NCBI GenBank assembly: GCA_036630325.1
Contig: CP142732.1
Coordinates: forward strand, 868,001 to 932,000
Source of the DNA: Vairimorpha necatrix
Taxonomy: Eukaryota
Direction: 5' to 3'
DNA length: 64,000 nucleotides
The notes under the pieces are model-generated. The model searched no databases. It saw only the letters and a program-made list of their open reading frames with translations, and was not told the origin of the DNA. The translations under genes were made by a program, and so were the position numbers. How positions within the stretch are numbered: position 1 is the stretch's first letter; each line of letters starts with the position of its first letter. Below are positions 31,718 to 42,670 of the stretch, piece after piece.

Positions 31718-31863
31718 AAAACAAAAGAAACATGTCGTATAATAAAAAATTTACTAAAAAACTTTGCAAAAATTTATATTTACAAAATTTTTGATTTGCT
31801 TTTTTAACATGCAAAAATTTACTAGAATTGCTTAAATCATAAATTCAAATTATTTTAGATTTT

Positions 31864-32409
31864 TCATTTTTCTCGCTCTTTAAGTTTTTTACAGTCAAAA
31901 CACACCCACGTATTTTTAGGAGGAAGTGTAATTCCAGCACATTCAAAATGAAACCATTTCGTCTTACACCTTGTGTCATCACATGCTATCATATTATCAT
32001 ATGCCTTCTGTCTACAGATACAATAATTCTTTCCTTTTTCTTTTATTTTTCCTGCTTTAACTATCCTATTAATATTGTCTATACTTATTTCTGGAAGAGG
32101 CACAAATTCATTGGCTTCAGTCAAAATATCGCCAGATTTATCAAAAATATTCTGAATAATATTTTGTAGAGTTATAGACGAGTCTATTAACTTCATTCTA
32201 TGTTTTTGGATCTTTTTATTTAGAGTAGCAAATTCTTTATTATTTATTACATTTCCTTTATAAATCATTTTAAGAATTTTATTGTATTTTGTTGTTAATT
32301 TTTTTACTTTTAAATGAAGTCGTCTGTTTCTTCTGACGAAAAGATACACGTCAAGAGGAATTTGCTGGATATTTTCAATAATTTTATCGTAAGAATTAAA
32401 AATGTTCAT
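31864..32409 (-). CDS. ING-family PHD finger protein
   Basis: YCICRQKAYDNMIACD...WFHFECAGI...WVCFDC, with an N-terminal coiled coil containing IENIQQIPLDV. Confidence 0.9.
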   Translation of the reverse strand: MNIFNSYDKIIENIQQIPLDVYLFVRRNRRLHLKVKKLTTKYNKILKMIYKGNVINNKEFATLNKKIQKHRMKLIDSSITLQNIIQNIFDKSGDILTEANEFVPLPEISIDNINRIVKAGKIKEKGKNYCICRQKAYDNMIACDDTRCKTKWFHFECAGITLPPKNTWVCFDCKKLKEREK

Positions 32410-32548
32410 AGGGGTAAAAAAAAATAAACAAAAAAAAAAATTTTAAATGTCAAAATATAATTCCATTTAAACATGTAAAAAAAAATCATACATTCAATAT
32501 TAGTGTAAAAATAATAATAAAATCTTATAGATTTATTATTTTTGAAAA

Positions 32549-33178
32549 TTATCTTTTTTTGTAGCTACATGGCTTTAATAAAATCTTAGGAATCTTCTTC
32601 TTACTAAAATCTTCTACTTTTTTAAGCTCAATTAAGACAAAATGTGAATTTGATGTGTCACAACTCAAAACTTTAAACCCAAAAGACTCCAACTGCTTAC
32701 ACAAAAAATTGACACTACTAATTCGACTTTTTACTTCTGCTAAATAAAAAATTCCATCAATTTTTAAAATTCTTGACACTTCTAATAATACTTTAGAAAT
32801 GTAATCCATCATTAAACTTAAACAACAAACTACTACATCAACTTTTTTATCTTCTAAAGGAACTTTAGAAATATCAGCTTTAGTAATTTCAGAATCAACT
32901 GGAAACGAGTCAAAAGAAAAAACATTTTTAAAATTTTTTCGAATTTTTCCAGATCCACATCCCAAATCGGCTATAAAAAAATCTTTATTTTTTTCCGTTA
33001 TTTTTTTAATAATTAAATCTAGTGGATTACATGGCCATTTTTTTATTTGATACTCATAATATTTAAAATACTCTTTCATCTCGTTTTCACTAACTTTCTT
33101 ATTTTTATATAATTTGTCATTTAATAATCTAAATTTACTGCCAAGTAAACGGTTTTCTAATTCTTCTTGAAATTTCAT
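32549..33178 (-). CDS. RRP8: rRNA-processing methyltransferase Rrp8
   Basis: LLGSKFRLLNDKLY, KWPCNPLD, IADLGCG, CLSLM, AEVKSR and LKPCSYKKR. Confidence 0.95.
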   Translation of the reverse strand: MKFQEELENRLLGSKFRLLNDKLYKNKKVSENEMKEYFKYYEYQIKKWPCNPLDLIIKKITEKNKDFFIADLGCGSGKIRKNFKNVFSFDSFPVDSEITKADISKVPLEDKKVDVVVCCLSLMMDYISKVLLEVSRILKIDGIFYLAEVKSRISSVNFLCKQLESFGFKVLSCDTSNSHFVLIELKKVEDFSKKKIPKILLKPCSYKKR

Positions 33179-33201
33179 GGGTAAAATAATTTGAGCCCAA
33201 A

Positions 33202-34260
33202 ATGCTTTGGTTAGAGAAATACAAACCGCGTGAGTTTAATTTAATGGTCGGTCATAACGATATTAAAAATATATTAGAAAAATATGACTTAAACTCTATG
33301 CCGCATTTGATTATACATGGACAACAGGGATCGGGAAAGAAGACAATAGCACTAAATTTTATTCATCATTTGTTTGGGACAATATCGCAGCCAAATTTGA
33401 GAAATACTCAAGTTTCTTTTGGTAGTAAAACGATAGATGTAAATTTTTTAGAGTCTAATGAATACATTGAAATATCACCAGCAGATTACAATTTCCAAGA
33501 TAAAATAATTATTCAATCAATAATAAAAGAAATGGCGCAGAGTCGACCTGTAATGTCATTTTTTACAAATAAAAAAATTCCATCTATTAAAGTTGTCATT
33601 ATAACATCTGCAGAAGATCTGACGCAAGAGGCCCAAGCTGCGCTTCGTAGAACAATAGAAGTTTATTCGGAATGTTTTAGAATCATTTTAATATGCTCGC
33701 AAATTTCTAAAATTATTGAACCAATACGAAGTCGATGCGTATTCGTCAGAGTTAAAGGATATGAAGACAACGAGATAAAGGAACACTTAAAAATAATTTC
33801 TGAAACTGAAGAATTTGTTTTAAATGACGACGAGACAAAAGAAATAATTAAATCTGCATGTGGTAACATGAGAAAAGCTGTTTGTCTGCTCGAACTATTA
33901 CAATTTAAAAAAAATGATGATACATCTAAAAGGCAGAAAATTGATGTCTCTCGTATAAAAGTCGAATGGGAAGTTTTACTTGACGAGATTGTCGCCTCAA
34001 TTCGTCGTTCACAGAGAAGTGAAACAATGATAGAAGTTCGTAAAAAACTTTTTATTTTAATAAATTCTTGTATACCGGCGAAATTGATACTAATGGAATT
34101 ATATAAAAGATTTATATCAAAGGAATCAGAAATAATTGTCGGTAAAATAGTAGATTTGGCTCTAATCTATGAGGAAAGACTAAAATTGGGTACTAAAGGA
34201 ATTTATCACCTAGAAGCATTTATTATTGGATGTATGTGTGTCTTTAATAAAACAATGTGA
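33202..34260 (+). CDS. RFC5: Replication factor C small subunit (yeast Rfc5 / human RFC3 type)
   Basis: LWLEKYKP, GQQGSGKKT, AQAALRRTIE, IEPIRSRC and IYHLEAFI. Confidence 0.93.
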   Translation: MLWLEKYKPREFNLMVGHNDIKNILEKYDLNSMPHLIIHGQQGSGKKTIALNFIHHLFGTISQPNLRNTQVSFGSKTIDVNFLESNEYIEISPADYNFQDKIIIQSIIKEMAQSRPVMSFFTNKKIPSIKVVIITSAEDLTQEAQAALRRTIEVYSECFRIILICSQISKIIEPIRSRCVFVRVKGYEDNEIKEHLKIISETEEFVLNDDETKEIIKSACGNMRKAVCLLELLQFKKNDDTSKRQKIDVSRIKVEWEVLLDEIVASIRRSQRSETMIEVRKKLFILINSCIPAKLILMELYKRFISKESEIIVGKIVDLALIYEERLKLGTKGIYHLEAFIIGCMCVFNKTM

Positions 34261-34547
34261 TAAATTTGTTTACTTTTTGCCATACAACATTATTAATAAA
34301 AACTTCACGAAAATCTTTTTTATTTTTCTCTTTGCTAAATTTTTAAGTTTTTTTTTTATAATATTTCTTTATACAATTTAAAAATGACGGAAATCATTGT
34401 TTTCTTGTACATTTATTTGCACAATTATTATCAACTAAAGTATAATTGACAAAAATCTTTTTAATATATGTTACTGAAAAAAAAATTTCCCTTTATATTT
34501 TTTTACACATTTTTACCAATATAATTTTTTGATAATAAATTTTTATT

Positions 34548-36050
34548 TTATCGTTTTAATAGTTCGTTGCACAATTTTATTTTCGTGCCTGTAAAATCTT
34601 CAGGAGCTTCAATTCGCATCAAATGCAAAATTGTAGGAGCTACATCAGCAAGTGAATATTCTGAATCTTCATATCCCCAATCTAATTCTTCTCCCGTTAT
34701 ATCAACATTCTTTGGTACAGTAATAATCAGTGGTACTTTATTATTTGTATGCCTTTTATTGATTACATTTTTAATTTCGTCGTACATGACCTCTGCATTC
34801 CCATGATCTGCTGTAATGATCAACACGTAATTCTGTTCTTTACAATTTTCATAAATTGAACCAATTTGATCATCAATGAAATCGACTGCTTTTAGTGTAG
34901 CTTCATAATCTCCTGTATGACCTACCATGTCAGGTGCTGCAAAATTCGCTACTATAAACTGCTTGTTTAGTTTTATATTTGATATCACTTCGTCGGCTAT
35001 TTCCTTCGAAGACATTTCTGGCGTCGATGCAAAAGAATCTACTTTTTTAGATGAAATAATTTTTCTGATCTCATTTTTATGAATTTTTTCAACATTTCCA
35101 TTAAAGAAATAAGTTACATGAGCATATTTTTCAGTCTCCGCAATGTGCACTTGTTCAACTTCATTGGCTTCTAAAACATCAGCCAACGTGTTTTTAACTG
35201 GTTCTTGTTTGTAAATTACATTGTCAGTTAAATTTTTTTCATATTCTGTCAATGTAAAAATTTTATAACCTTCGTTTTTAAATTTTGTAGAAATTTGGCG
35301 CATTCTGTCAGCTCGGAAATTAAAAAATAATATTGGTTCATCTTTTTGTATTTTACTTTCCTTGTCAAGTAATGCAGGCTCTATATTTTCATCATTCTTT
35401 CCATTTTCATATTGATTTTTTATATAATCTTTTATATTAGTTGAAATATTACCGGAAGTTACTGTTTTATAATATTTATCAATTCTATCATTATTATTAT
35501 CGCGATCCATTGCGTAAAATCGCCCACTTACAGACGATATTGTAAAATTTTTTATATCTGAACATTTTTCATTTATTTCGTCATAAAATTTCAAAAATAC
35601 TTGTGGCGCGGTATCTCGCCCGTCAGAAATACAATGAACACAAATTTCATCAAATTCTGAATGTAATAATTTTAAAAACCCAATCAAGTGGCTTATATGC
35701 GAATGAATTCCACCATCACTAACGAGACCAATTAAATGAAGTTTCTGTAATTTAAGTAGCAGTAAATTTTTTAGTTTATTTTTTATATCTAATGTTGCAA
35801 ATCCTTCATCTATTAAAATGATATTTTGTTTGACTATTCTTCCTGATCCTAAGGTTAAATGTCCTACTTCAGAATTCCCCATGTTACCTTCGGGCAGTCC
35901 GACATATTTGCCACTTGCGTGTATCAAATAACTCGCATATTTTTTAGATAATTTTCTCATATTATGACATTTTGAGTTTTGTATCGGATCCTTAGGTATT
36001 TTTTTATTGTTGTGTCCCCAACCATCTAAAATAATAAGACATATTTTCAT
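34548..36050 (-). CDS. gpmI: 2,3-bisphosphoglycerate-independent phosphoglycerate mutase
   Basis: ILDGWG, MGNSEVGH, SDGGIHSH, GRFYAMDRD, ETEKYAHVT, DMVGHTG and TADHGNAE. Confidence 0.97.
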   Translation of the reverse strand: MKICLIILDGWGHNNKKIPKDPIQNSKCHNMRKLSKKYASYLIHASGKYVGLPEGNMGNSEVGHLTLGSGRIVKQNIILIDEGFATLDIKNKLKNLLLLKLQKLHLIGLVSDGGIHSHISHLIGFLKLLHSEFDEICVHCISDGRDTAPQVFLKFYDEINEKCSDIKNFTISSVSGRFYAMDRDNNNDRIDKYYKTVTSGNISTNIKDYIKNQYENGKNDENIEPALLDKESKIQKDEPILFFNFRADRMRQISTKFKNEGYKIFTLTEYEKNLTDNVIYKQEPVKNTLADVLEANEVEQVHIAETEKYAHVTYFFNGNVEKIHKNEIRKIISSKKVDSFASTPEMSSKEIADEVISNIKLNKQFIVANFAAPDMVGHTGDYEATLKAVDFIDDQIGSIYENCKEQNYVLIITADHGNAEVMYDEIKNVINKRHTNNKVPLIITVPKNVDITGEELDWGYEDSEYSLADVAPTILHLMRIEAPEDFTGTKIKLCNELLKR

Positions 36051-36147
36051 TAATAAAAATTTTTTTTAAAAAAATTAATTTATAAAAAAACAAAATCCTA
36101 TGAAATTTTTTTTTAATTATAATTGGTTATTTATTTTTCCATACATT

Positions 36148-36525
36148 TTATTTTTTTTCTATTTTTCCTAGATACAATTCGTATTGTTTGAAAATGTCTC
36201 TAAGATCTTTATTAGATTGTTTATTTATTATTTTTGTTATTGCGTTTAAAAAGCATCTGTTTAGGCCACTAATTTTATCTTCGTCCATATTTATTTGGGC
36301 ACTTGGCTCAGATTGAGATAAGATTGAAAATGAAGGAAGAGCTTTCTTAAGGGCTTCTGGGTCAGATATAACTCCTTTGGCTTTGCCCAGATTGGCTTTG
36401 GCTCTTCTTCTTTGTCGCGTAGCTGGTTGTGGCTGTGTTTCTTGGCTTGGTATATTTGTTTCGTCCGTGTTTTGTGAATATGGTGACAGTTGATCAGGAG
36501 CTTTGCGTTTTCGGGAGTCCGACAT
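36148..36525 (-). CDS. Miniature Nup2/Nup50-like nucleoporin
   Basis: N-terminal KRKAPDQL...RRRAKA and C-terminal helix GLNRCFL...DLRDIFKQYELYL, resembling Nup2/Nup50 conserved blocks. Confidence 0.6.
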   Translation of the reverse strand: MSDSRKRKAPDQLSPYSQNTDETNIPSQETQPQPATRQRRRAKANLGKAKGVISDPEALKKALPSFSILSQSEPSAQINMDEDKISGLNRCFLNAITKIINKQSNKDLRDIFKQYELYLGKIEKK

Positions 36526-36618
36526 TTTAAGGGGGTAATTTACAAGAATAAAATGTAGAAATAAGATGTGGTATGTTTCATTTATAAAATAAAAAAAAAG
36601 ACATAGACTTATAATTTT

Positions 36619-38076
36619 TTACTCTTCATTTATTTCGATTTTAGCAGGTGGAATAGAATGAAATTCATCTAGAATATTTGACGGTATTCTATTTAACATT
36701 TCTCTTGGGAAAATTTTCAACAAATCCCAAGCCAAATCCAGTGATTGGTCAATTGTTCTGCATTCGTCGTATCCTTGAGACACAAATTTTTTATCAAATG
36801 CTTCTTTAAATTCAATTGACAATTTGTCTTCATAAGAGAGAGACTCTTCACCCACTACAGTTTTCATGCTCTGTGCATCTTTTCCTATGGCGTATTTTGC
36901 GTACAGTTGATTTGAAACATCAGAATGATCTTTTCTGGTCATATTTTCTCCTATGGCACTTTTCATTAATCTTGACAATGAAGGCAGTACATTTATTGGC
37001 GGATAAATTTGCCTGTTATGTAATTGCCTGTCGATATAAATTTGGCCTTCTGTGATGTACCCAGTGAGATCGGGGATTGGGTGAGTTATGTCGTCATTTG
37101 GCATTGTCAATATTGGTATTTGTGTTATTGACCCATTTCTTCCTTCTATACGCCCCGCTCTCTCGTAAATTGTACTTAAATCTGTGTACATGTATCCAGG
37201 ATATCCTCTTCTTCCTGGTACTTCTTCTCTGGCTGCGCTTACTTCTCTCAATGAATCGGCGTATGAACTCATGTCTGTCATAATTACCAAGACGTGTTTC
37301 TCTGCTTCGTAGGCTAAATATTCAGCAGCAGTGAGAGCTAATCTTGGTGTTATAATTCGCTCTATCGTCGGATCATTGGCGAGATTCAAAAATAAAGTCG
37401 TCCTTTCAGAACTTCCTGTTTCTTCAAAACTGTTCTTGAAAAATTTAGCAGTTTCCATGTTCACGCCCATAGCAGCAAACACAATCGCGAAATTGTCGTC
37501 ACTCATGTCTTTGACGTCTTTCTTTTTGACTAGTCCAGCTTGTTTACAAATTTGTGCAGCAACTTCGTTATGAGGAAGTCCCGACCCACTAAAAATCGGG
37601 ATCTTCTGGCCTCTGGCGATGGAATTCATGACATCAATAGAAGAAATTCCTGTTTGAATCATTTCTTCGGGATAAATTCGATTTGTGGGATTCAAAGGCT
37701 GGCCTTGGATGTCCAAATAATCACTTGGCAAAATGGGGCAGCCTCCGTCTATGGGCGTGCCACTGCCATTGAAAACTCTCCCTAGCATGTCTTCACTCAC
37801 TGGCATCTTAAGAGTTTGCCCTGTAAAAGTGACATGAGTCTTTTTCACGTCTATTCCCGCCGTCCCTTCAAAAACTTGTACCACTGCCCTTTTCCCTTGG
37901 ACTTCTAAAACTTGTCCTTGTTTTAGAGACCCGTCGGCCAAGGTCAAGTTCACAATCTCTGCATATTTCAAGTAATCAATGTTGTCTAAAATGACAAGAG
38001 GCCCATTTACGCCCACTACTTTCCTATAAGTGAGTTTGGGATCAACATTCCAATTTGATAATAAATTCGTACTCAT
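36619..38076 (-). CDS. VMA2: V-type ATPase subunit B
   Basis: [38 protein letters not shown] and [15 protein letters not shown]. Confidence 0.98.
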   Translation of the reverse strand: MSTNLLSNWNVDPKLTYRKVVGVNGPLVILDNIDYLKYAEIVNLTLADGSLKQGQVLEVQGKRAVVQVFEGTAGIDVKKTHVTFTGQTLKMPVSEDMLGRVFNGSGTPIDGGCPILPSDYLDIQGQPLNPTNRIYPEEMIQTGISSIDVMNSIARGQKIPIFSGSGLPHNEVAAQICKQAGLVKKKDVKDMSDDNFAIVFAAMGVNMETAKFFKNSFEETGSSERTTLFLNLANDPTIERIITPRLALTAAEYLAYEAEKHVLVIMTDMSSYADSLREVSAAREEVPGRRGYPGYMYTDLSTIYERAGRIEGRNGSITQIPILTMPNDDITHPIPDLTGYITEGQIYIDRQLHNRQIYPPINVLPSLSRLMKSAIGENMTRKDHSDVSNQLYAKYAIGKDAQSMKTVVGEESLSYEDKLSIEFKEAFDKKFVSQGYDECRTIDQSLDLAWDLLKIFPREMLNRIPSNILDEFHSIPPAKIEINEE

Positions 38077-38220
38077 TTTTCAGAGGGTAAAAATAAACTT
38101 GTTATTAAATAAGAAAAGTCGAAACATGTTTCAAAAAAAAAATAAAATATTTTTTTGCAACTTTTTAAAACTTTAAATTTTTTTTTTATTAATTTTTTTT
38201 TAATCTTTCCCTTCCTTAAC

Positions 38221-40857
38221 ATGGACCAGGATAAAAATATTATAAAAGAAAAAAGTCATCTACCAAAGAGTTTTCTAGATCTTTTAGTAACTGAAAAGCC
38301 TTTTACTTACAAATTTAGAAAATTTAAACCAAGAAAAATAAGAAATGAAATTCTGACTTATGAAACAGACGACCAAACAAAATTCAGGAATAGTACGGCG
38401 TACGCCCGTGCTCCAAACTCTGTTCTACAAAACATTTGCGGATCTGCTAAAAATATCGGACTTAAAAGTTTTTTAAAAAGAAAACAAGTAGAAAAAGACA
38501 TGGAAACGCAGTACGAACAGATAATAGAAAAAAACAAGATAGAAGAAGAAAAATATCCCTTTGATATCATTGATTGGGAGAAAGACATTATTTATGACAC
38601 AGATAATATTCAAGAAGACGAATTGCCTTCTATGAATTTTTCACTAGACACGTCGAAAAATGTAAACAACAGAGAAAATTTTTTACCATCGGTGACAGAA
38701 TTCGTAGACACGATTTTTGAAGAAAAATGGGAAAAAAATATTATTTTTGATGAAGATGTACAAGTAAAACATAAAATGTACCAGACGATGTATTTAGAAG
38801 ATCCAAATTTGATTTTTGATAAGATCGACGATAAAAGAAATAATAAAAACAAGAAGAGACAAAAAGAATATTTTTCAGGAGATAAACCAATAAAAAATAA
38901 ATATAATATTTCTAATGATAAATATTACAACCAAGAGAGTAAATTAAAAAGCAATTTGGGCTCATTTGGAGTGCAGCATAGTGTGCCTGCTTTGAAACTA
39001 GAGCCTAGATTTTATAAAACGAATCATACGAAAGATGAACTTAGAAATTTCCACAGGCCTCCACTTGTCTTTCCTAAAGGACTGCTTAGATTTCATGATA
39101 TAATTCATAAAGAATCTTCTGGTTCAAATATAATAAAAAAGAACAGCGAATTAACACTTAAAGACGACGCGGAATTTGTACTTTTTGAATATTCTGAAGA
39201 ATTTCCGCCTTTTATTGTCAATTCGGGAATGGTAAGTTTGATCAACACGTATTACAGAAAAACAAGCACCAGGGACGATTATGAGGCGGACATTCCAAAT
39301 TTGAATGTATTGGATCCCGACGATCCTTCGCCTTTTTTCAATTTTGGAGACATTAAACAAGGCACTACAATGAAAAGTCTAACGAATAATCTTTTCACTG
39401 CTCCAATTTTTAGTCATCAAAATAGCGACTTCTTGTGCATTTTAGAAAAAGACGAAGATTCTGCCCGTTTGTACGCTCGCCCAATAAACAACATTTTTTG
39501 TGTAGGACAAGAATTCCCAATAGACGAAATTTACGCGCCACATTCTCGTAAATTGAACATTTTCTGTAAAAATCGCCTTAAAGTCGCGGCTTACAGGTTA
39601 TTTTCTTCAAAAGACAGGACTTCTAAAGAATTTAAAATTTCGCAATTAGACCAATTATTTCCATATTTCAGCGAAGGCAGTAAACGAAAATGGTTAAAAG
39701 AATACGCTGATTGTATAAAAAGAGGCAAAGAGAATGTCTGGATCTTAAAACCTTCTTCTAATATTTTAAATGAAGAAGATCTTCGAAAATTAATCACACC
39801 TGAAAATATTTGTCAATATGAAAGCATGTTGGCTTCTGAAAGAAGACTAATTGATTCTGGTTACAAATGTGTAACTGACAGTCAAGACGAAGAAGACGAC
39901 TCAATGTTTATTATTCCTTGGCAACTTACTAAAAATTTTATAAATGCTACTAATGGCAAAGGACTTTTGGAATTAGTCGGGCCGGCAGATCCCACAGGAA
40001 TAGGAGAAGGATTTAGTTTTAGAAAAGTCAAATTAATAAAAGGAAATGAAACCGAAAATCGAAAAATTATCAGTGAGCATCAGGCAAAATATAAATCAGA
40101 AATTAATAAAATCTGGACTAAACAAATATCGTCATTATCAAGTTCTAGAGAAATAGAATTTGACCCGAAATTTGAACAAAGTGAAGATAAGAAAAAAGAG
40201 GCACAAGTTCCGCAGAGCGAAAACACAGGATTACTAATAATTAGAAGAACAATTGTAGATGAATTTGGAGAAAGAGAAGAAATTGAAAGAATTACTGATT
40301 CGAAAGTTATAAAATTATATTTAAAATCTAGAAAAAATGTAAATTTAGAAGATAAAAAATCTTTATTGAAATGTGGAAACTGCGGCCAAGCTGGCCACAT
40401 GAAAACCAACAAAACTTGTCCCAATTTCTTACAAAATAAAAAACCAACAAAAAAGAAAATTGAAACTGAAAGAAGAAAAGCGAGAATGATTTTCCAAAAT
40501 TTGATGTTAAATTTACTTAACAAGTTTTTTAGCCTGCCTTATTCTTTGGCCTTTCATAAGCCCGTTTCTAGTAAAAGATTTCCTGATTATCACAGTGTTA
40601 TTGAAAATCCAATAGATTTGACGACTATTAAAACTAAAGTGAGACACAACAAATACACGCTTTTTAGTGAATTTTTTGATGATTTGGAACTTATGAAAAA
40701 TAATTGTGTAAAATATAATGGGGTAGAACATAGTTTGACAAAGATCGCGCAGAATATGTGCGATATGACGAAAGAAGTAGAAGAAGCCAATAAAGAGAAA
40801 ATTCAAGAGGCAGAAAACATTTTTATAGAATATGATTTTGAAGATAATGAAAATTAA
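38221..40857 (+). CDS. TAF1: TFIID subunit TAF1 with zinc knuckle and bromodomain
   Basis: NISNDKYY, ELRNFHRP, EYSEEFPP, GPADPTGIGEGFSF, CGNCGQAGHMKTNKTCP and the bromodomain PDYHSVIENPIDL...NCVKYNG. Confidence 0.95.
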   Translation: MDQDKNIIKEKSHLPKSFLDLLVTEKPFTYKFRKFKPRKIRNEILTYETDDQTKFRNSTAYARAPNSVLQNICGSAKNIGLKSFLKRKQVEKDMETQYEQIIEKNKIEEEKYPFDIIDWEKDIIYDTDNIQEDELPSMNFSLDTSKNVNNRENFLPSVTEFVDTIFEEKWEKNIIFDEDVQVKHKMYQTMYLEDPNLIFDKIDDKRNNKNKKRQKEYFSGDKPIKNKYNISNDKYYNQESKLKSNLGSFGVQHSVPALKLEPRFYKTNHTKDELRNFHRPPLVFPKGLLRFHDIIHKESSGSNIIKKNSELTLKDDAEFVLFEYSEEFPPFIVNSGMVSLINTYYRKTSTRDDYEADIPNLNVLDPDDPSPFFNFGDIKQGTTMKSLTNNLFTAPIFSHQNSDFLCILEKDEDSARLYARPINNIFCVGQEFPIDEIYAPHSRKLNIFCKNRLKVAAYRLFSSKDRTSKEFKISQLDQLFPYFSEGSKRKWLKEYADCIKRGKENVWILKPSSNILNEEDLRKLITPENICQYESMLASERRLIDSGYKCVTDSQDEEDDSMFIIPWQLTKNFINATNGKGLLELVGPADPTGIGEGFSFRKVKLIKGNETENRKIISEHQAKYKSEINKIWTKQISSLSSSREIEFDPKFEQSEDKKKEAQVPQSENTGLLIIRRTIVDEFGEREEIERITDSKVIKLYLKSRKNVNLEDKKSLLKCGNCGQAGHMKTNKTCPNFLQNKKPTKKKIETERRKARMIFQNLMLNLLNKFFSLPYSLAFHKPVSSKRFPDYHSVIENPIDLTTIKTKVRHNKYTLFSEFFDDLELMKNNCVKYNGVEHSLTKIAQNMCDMTKEVEEANKEKIQEAENIFIEYDFEDNEN

Positions 40858-40975
40858 TTTGTTAAAAAAATAAATATTTGCTTTTTTAATTTTTTTCTCT
40901 TACATTTTATTTTGTATTTTTATTATTATTACATTTCCTTTACTTTGACTTTTTTAAATCTTTATTTTTTTACCC

Positions 40976-41626
40976 ATGCCAGATTCGACAAATTTTTTCG
41001 ATTTTTTAAATAATGAAAATCCTTACGCTTACTTAAGAAATTATGAAAATCATCCTTTCAAAAAAGACAATTTAAAAGTCAAACTCGACGCCTTACAAAA
41101 AATCCAGCCTAAATTTATTCCTTGCGTCATGGACCAAGGAGTCTTATCAAATGAACGAGCTAATACTGTAAATTTCGTAATAAGAAATGGTGTCAATGAA
41201 AATATAATGAAAGGCGTGGAAGTTTTAGAGAAAAATAATATTGCCCATGACATTTACACTTACCAAATAGTAAATCAAACCAATGTAGTAGAATTATCTA
41301 ATAAAGCGGCCGAATTACAAGATATTGGGTTTGATATGAGTTATGTTTATAAACACAGGTATAATTTTTTAGGCTTGAATTATATTATGGACGTATTTAA
41401 GAAATATATTGATCTTGAAGGTATGGAAGATATTGTACTCGATATTTGTAGACTTAAACTTATTAACAAACAGAAAATATTAAGAGAAAAGGTTTATGGA
41501 GCTATAAGTGAGAAATTAGAAGATGAGTCGATAATGCAAATAAATATAGAAAAAGATATTAAAGAAGACCCAATTGAGGAAGCCAAGACACTTATAAATT
41601 TGAAAAGGAAGTTTTCAGATCTATAA
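40976..41626 (+). CDS. Hypothetical protein, 216 aa
   Basis: Intact ORF preceded by CCC-ATG. No family recognised. Confidence 0.75.
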   Translation: MPDSTNFFDFLNNENPYAYLRNYENHPFKKDNLKVKLDALQKIQPKFIPCVMDQGVLSNERANTVNFVIRNGVNENIMKGVEVLEKNNIAHDIYTYQIVNQTNVVELSNKAAELQDIGFDMSYVYKHRYNFLGLNYIMDVFKKYIDLEGMEDIVLDICRLKLINKQKILREKVYGAISEKLEDESIMQINIEKDIKEDPIEEAKTLINLKRKFSDL

Positions 41627-42143
41627 AAAATTATAAAATAAATATTTATAAGTTTTATTATGCTAAATTTATCCAATTTTTATCTTCTAATTATTGTGCA
41701 TTTAATTTTATTCTTATTATTTAAACAACAAGGAAAATTAAAATAAACTAAAAAATGTTAAAAAACATCTTAGATTATTCTATGGCGAATTTGTACATTC
41801 TTAAATTGTTTATATGTTATTTTAAAGTGTTTTAACACTCTCAAATTATTTATGTCCTATTTTAAAGTTTGTTTAAAATTTTATTTTTCTTTTTTTTATT
41901 TTCTTTCTAGCATAAATTCAAGAAGAAGAACAAAATTTAAAAAATCATAATACTGTTTCTAAAACGGGAAAGCATACGCTAGTCATATATATAATAAGAT
42001 AGAAATATTAAACAGAATATTTACAAATATAAAATGTATTCTACATCTTATTTTTTCAATTTTTTTTTTACACCCAACAATCGTGTTCCGGTTTAAAATT
42101 ATAAAAATAATTTTTTTTTTAGGGGTCACTTTCTGGCTCGATA

Positions 42144-42467
42144 ATGTTAAATGCTACAAGTAACCAAAATGATATGAAATTATACCCTCTCGCTTCTCTA
42201 TTTATTTATTCTAATAATCAAGAAGTCACCAAGGAGAAGATAGCCTCAGTACTAAAAGAATTAGGAGTTAGTCCTCAGCTCAAGCTCGCAGAATTTTTCG
42301 AATGTGATGTTGCTCAAATGAAGAACATGCTCACTTCAGTCTCAAGTTCCAGTGGTAGTTCCGCATCCTCAAGCAACGTCAAAGAAGCAGCCAAAGAAGA
42401 AGCACCCGTAGAGGAGGAAGAAGAATTAGTTGAAGAAACAGAATTGAATTTTGAAGATTTATTTTAA
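42144..42467 (+). CDS. RPP1: 60S acidic ribosomal stalk protein, P1 type
   Basis: LYPLASLFI...EVTKEKIASVL, a Ser/Ala hinge and an acidic tail ending FEDLF. The start could be 42174. Confidence 0.8.
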   Translation: MLNATSNQNDMKLYPLASLFIYSNNQEVTKEKIASVLKELGVSPQLKLAEFFECDVAQMKNMLTSVSSSSGSSASSSNVKEAAKEEAPVEEEEELVEETELNFEDLF

Positions 42468-42670
42468 ATAAATTAATAATCATTTGAATCTTACAAGTTT
42501 ATAATATTCTTTTTATTTATTTTTCGAATAAAAAAGAGCTTTGTCCCTTCTAAAACTGTCATTAAATTATCACTTGATTTGAAATCATAAAAAATGACAA
42601 ATTCGACATAATTTGCTTTCTTTCTACTCCATAATTTCTTATATATGATGATGTGTTTAATTAAATGATT

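Noticed and set aside
42091-42122. Possible 32-nt 5' UTR intron (GTTTAA...TTTAG) before the P1 gene
   Set aside because: The donor is non-consensus, and the T-tract plus GGGG is explained by the normal promoter motif.
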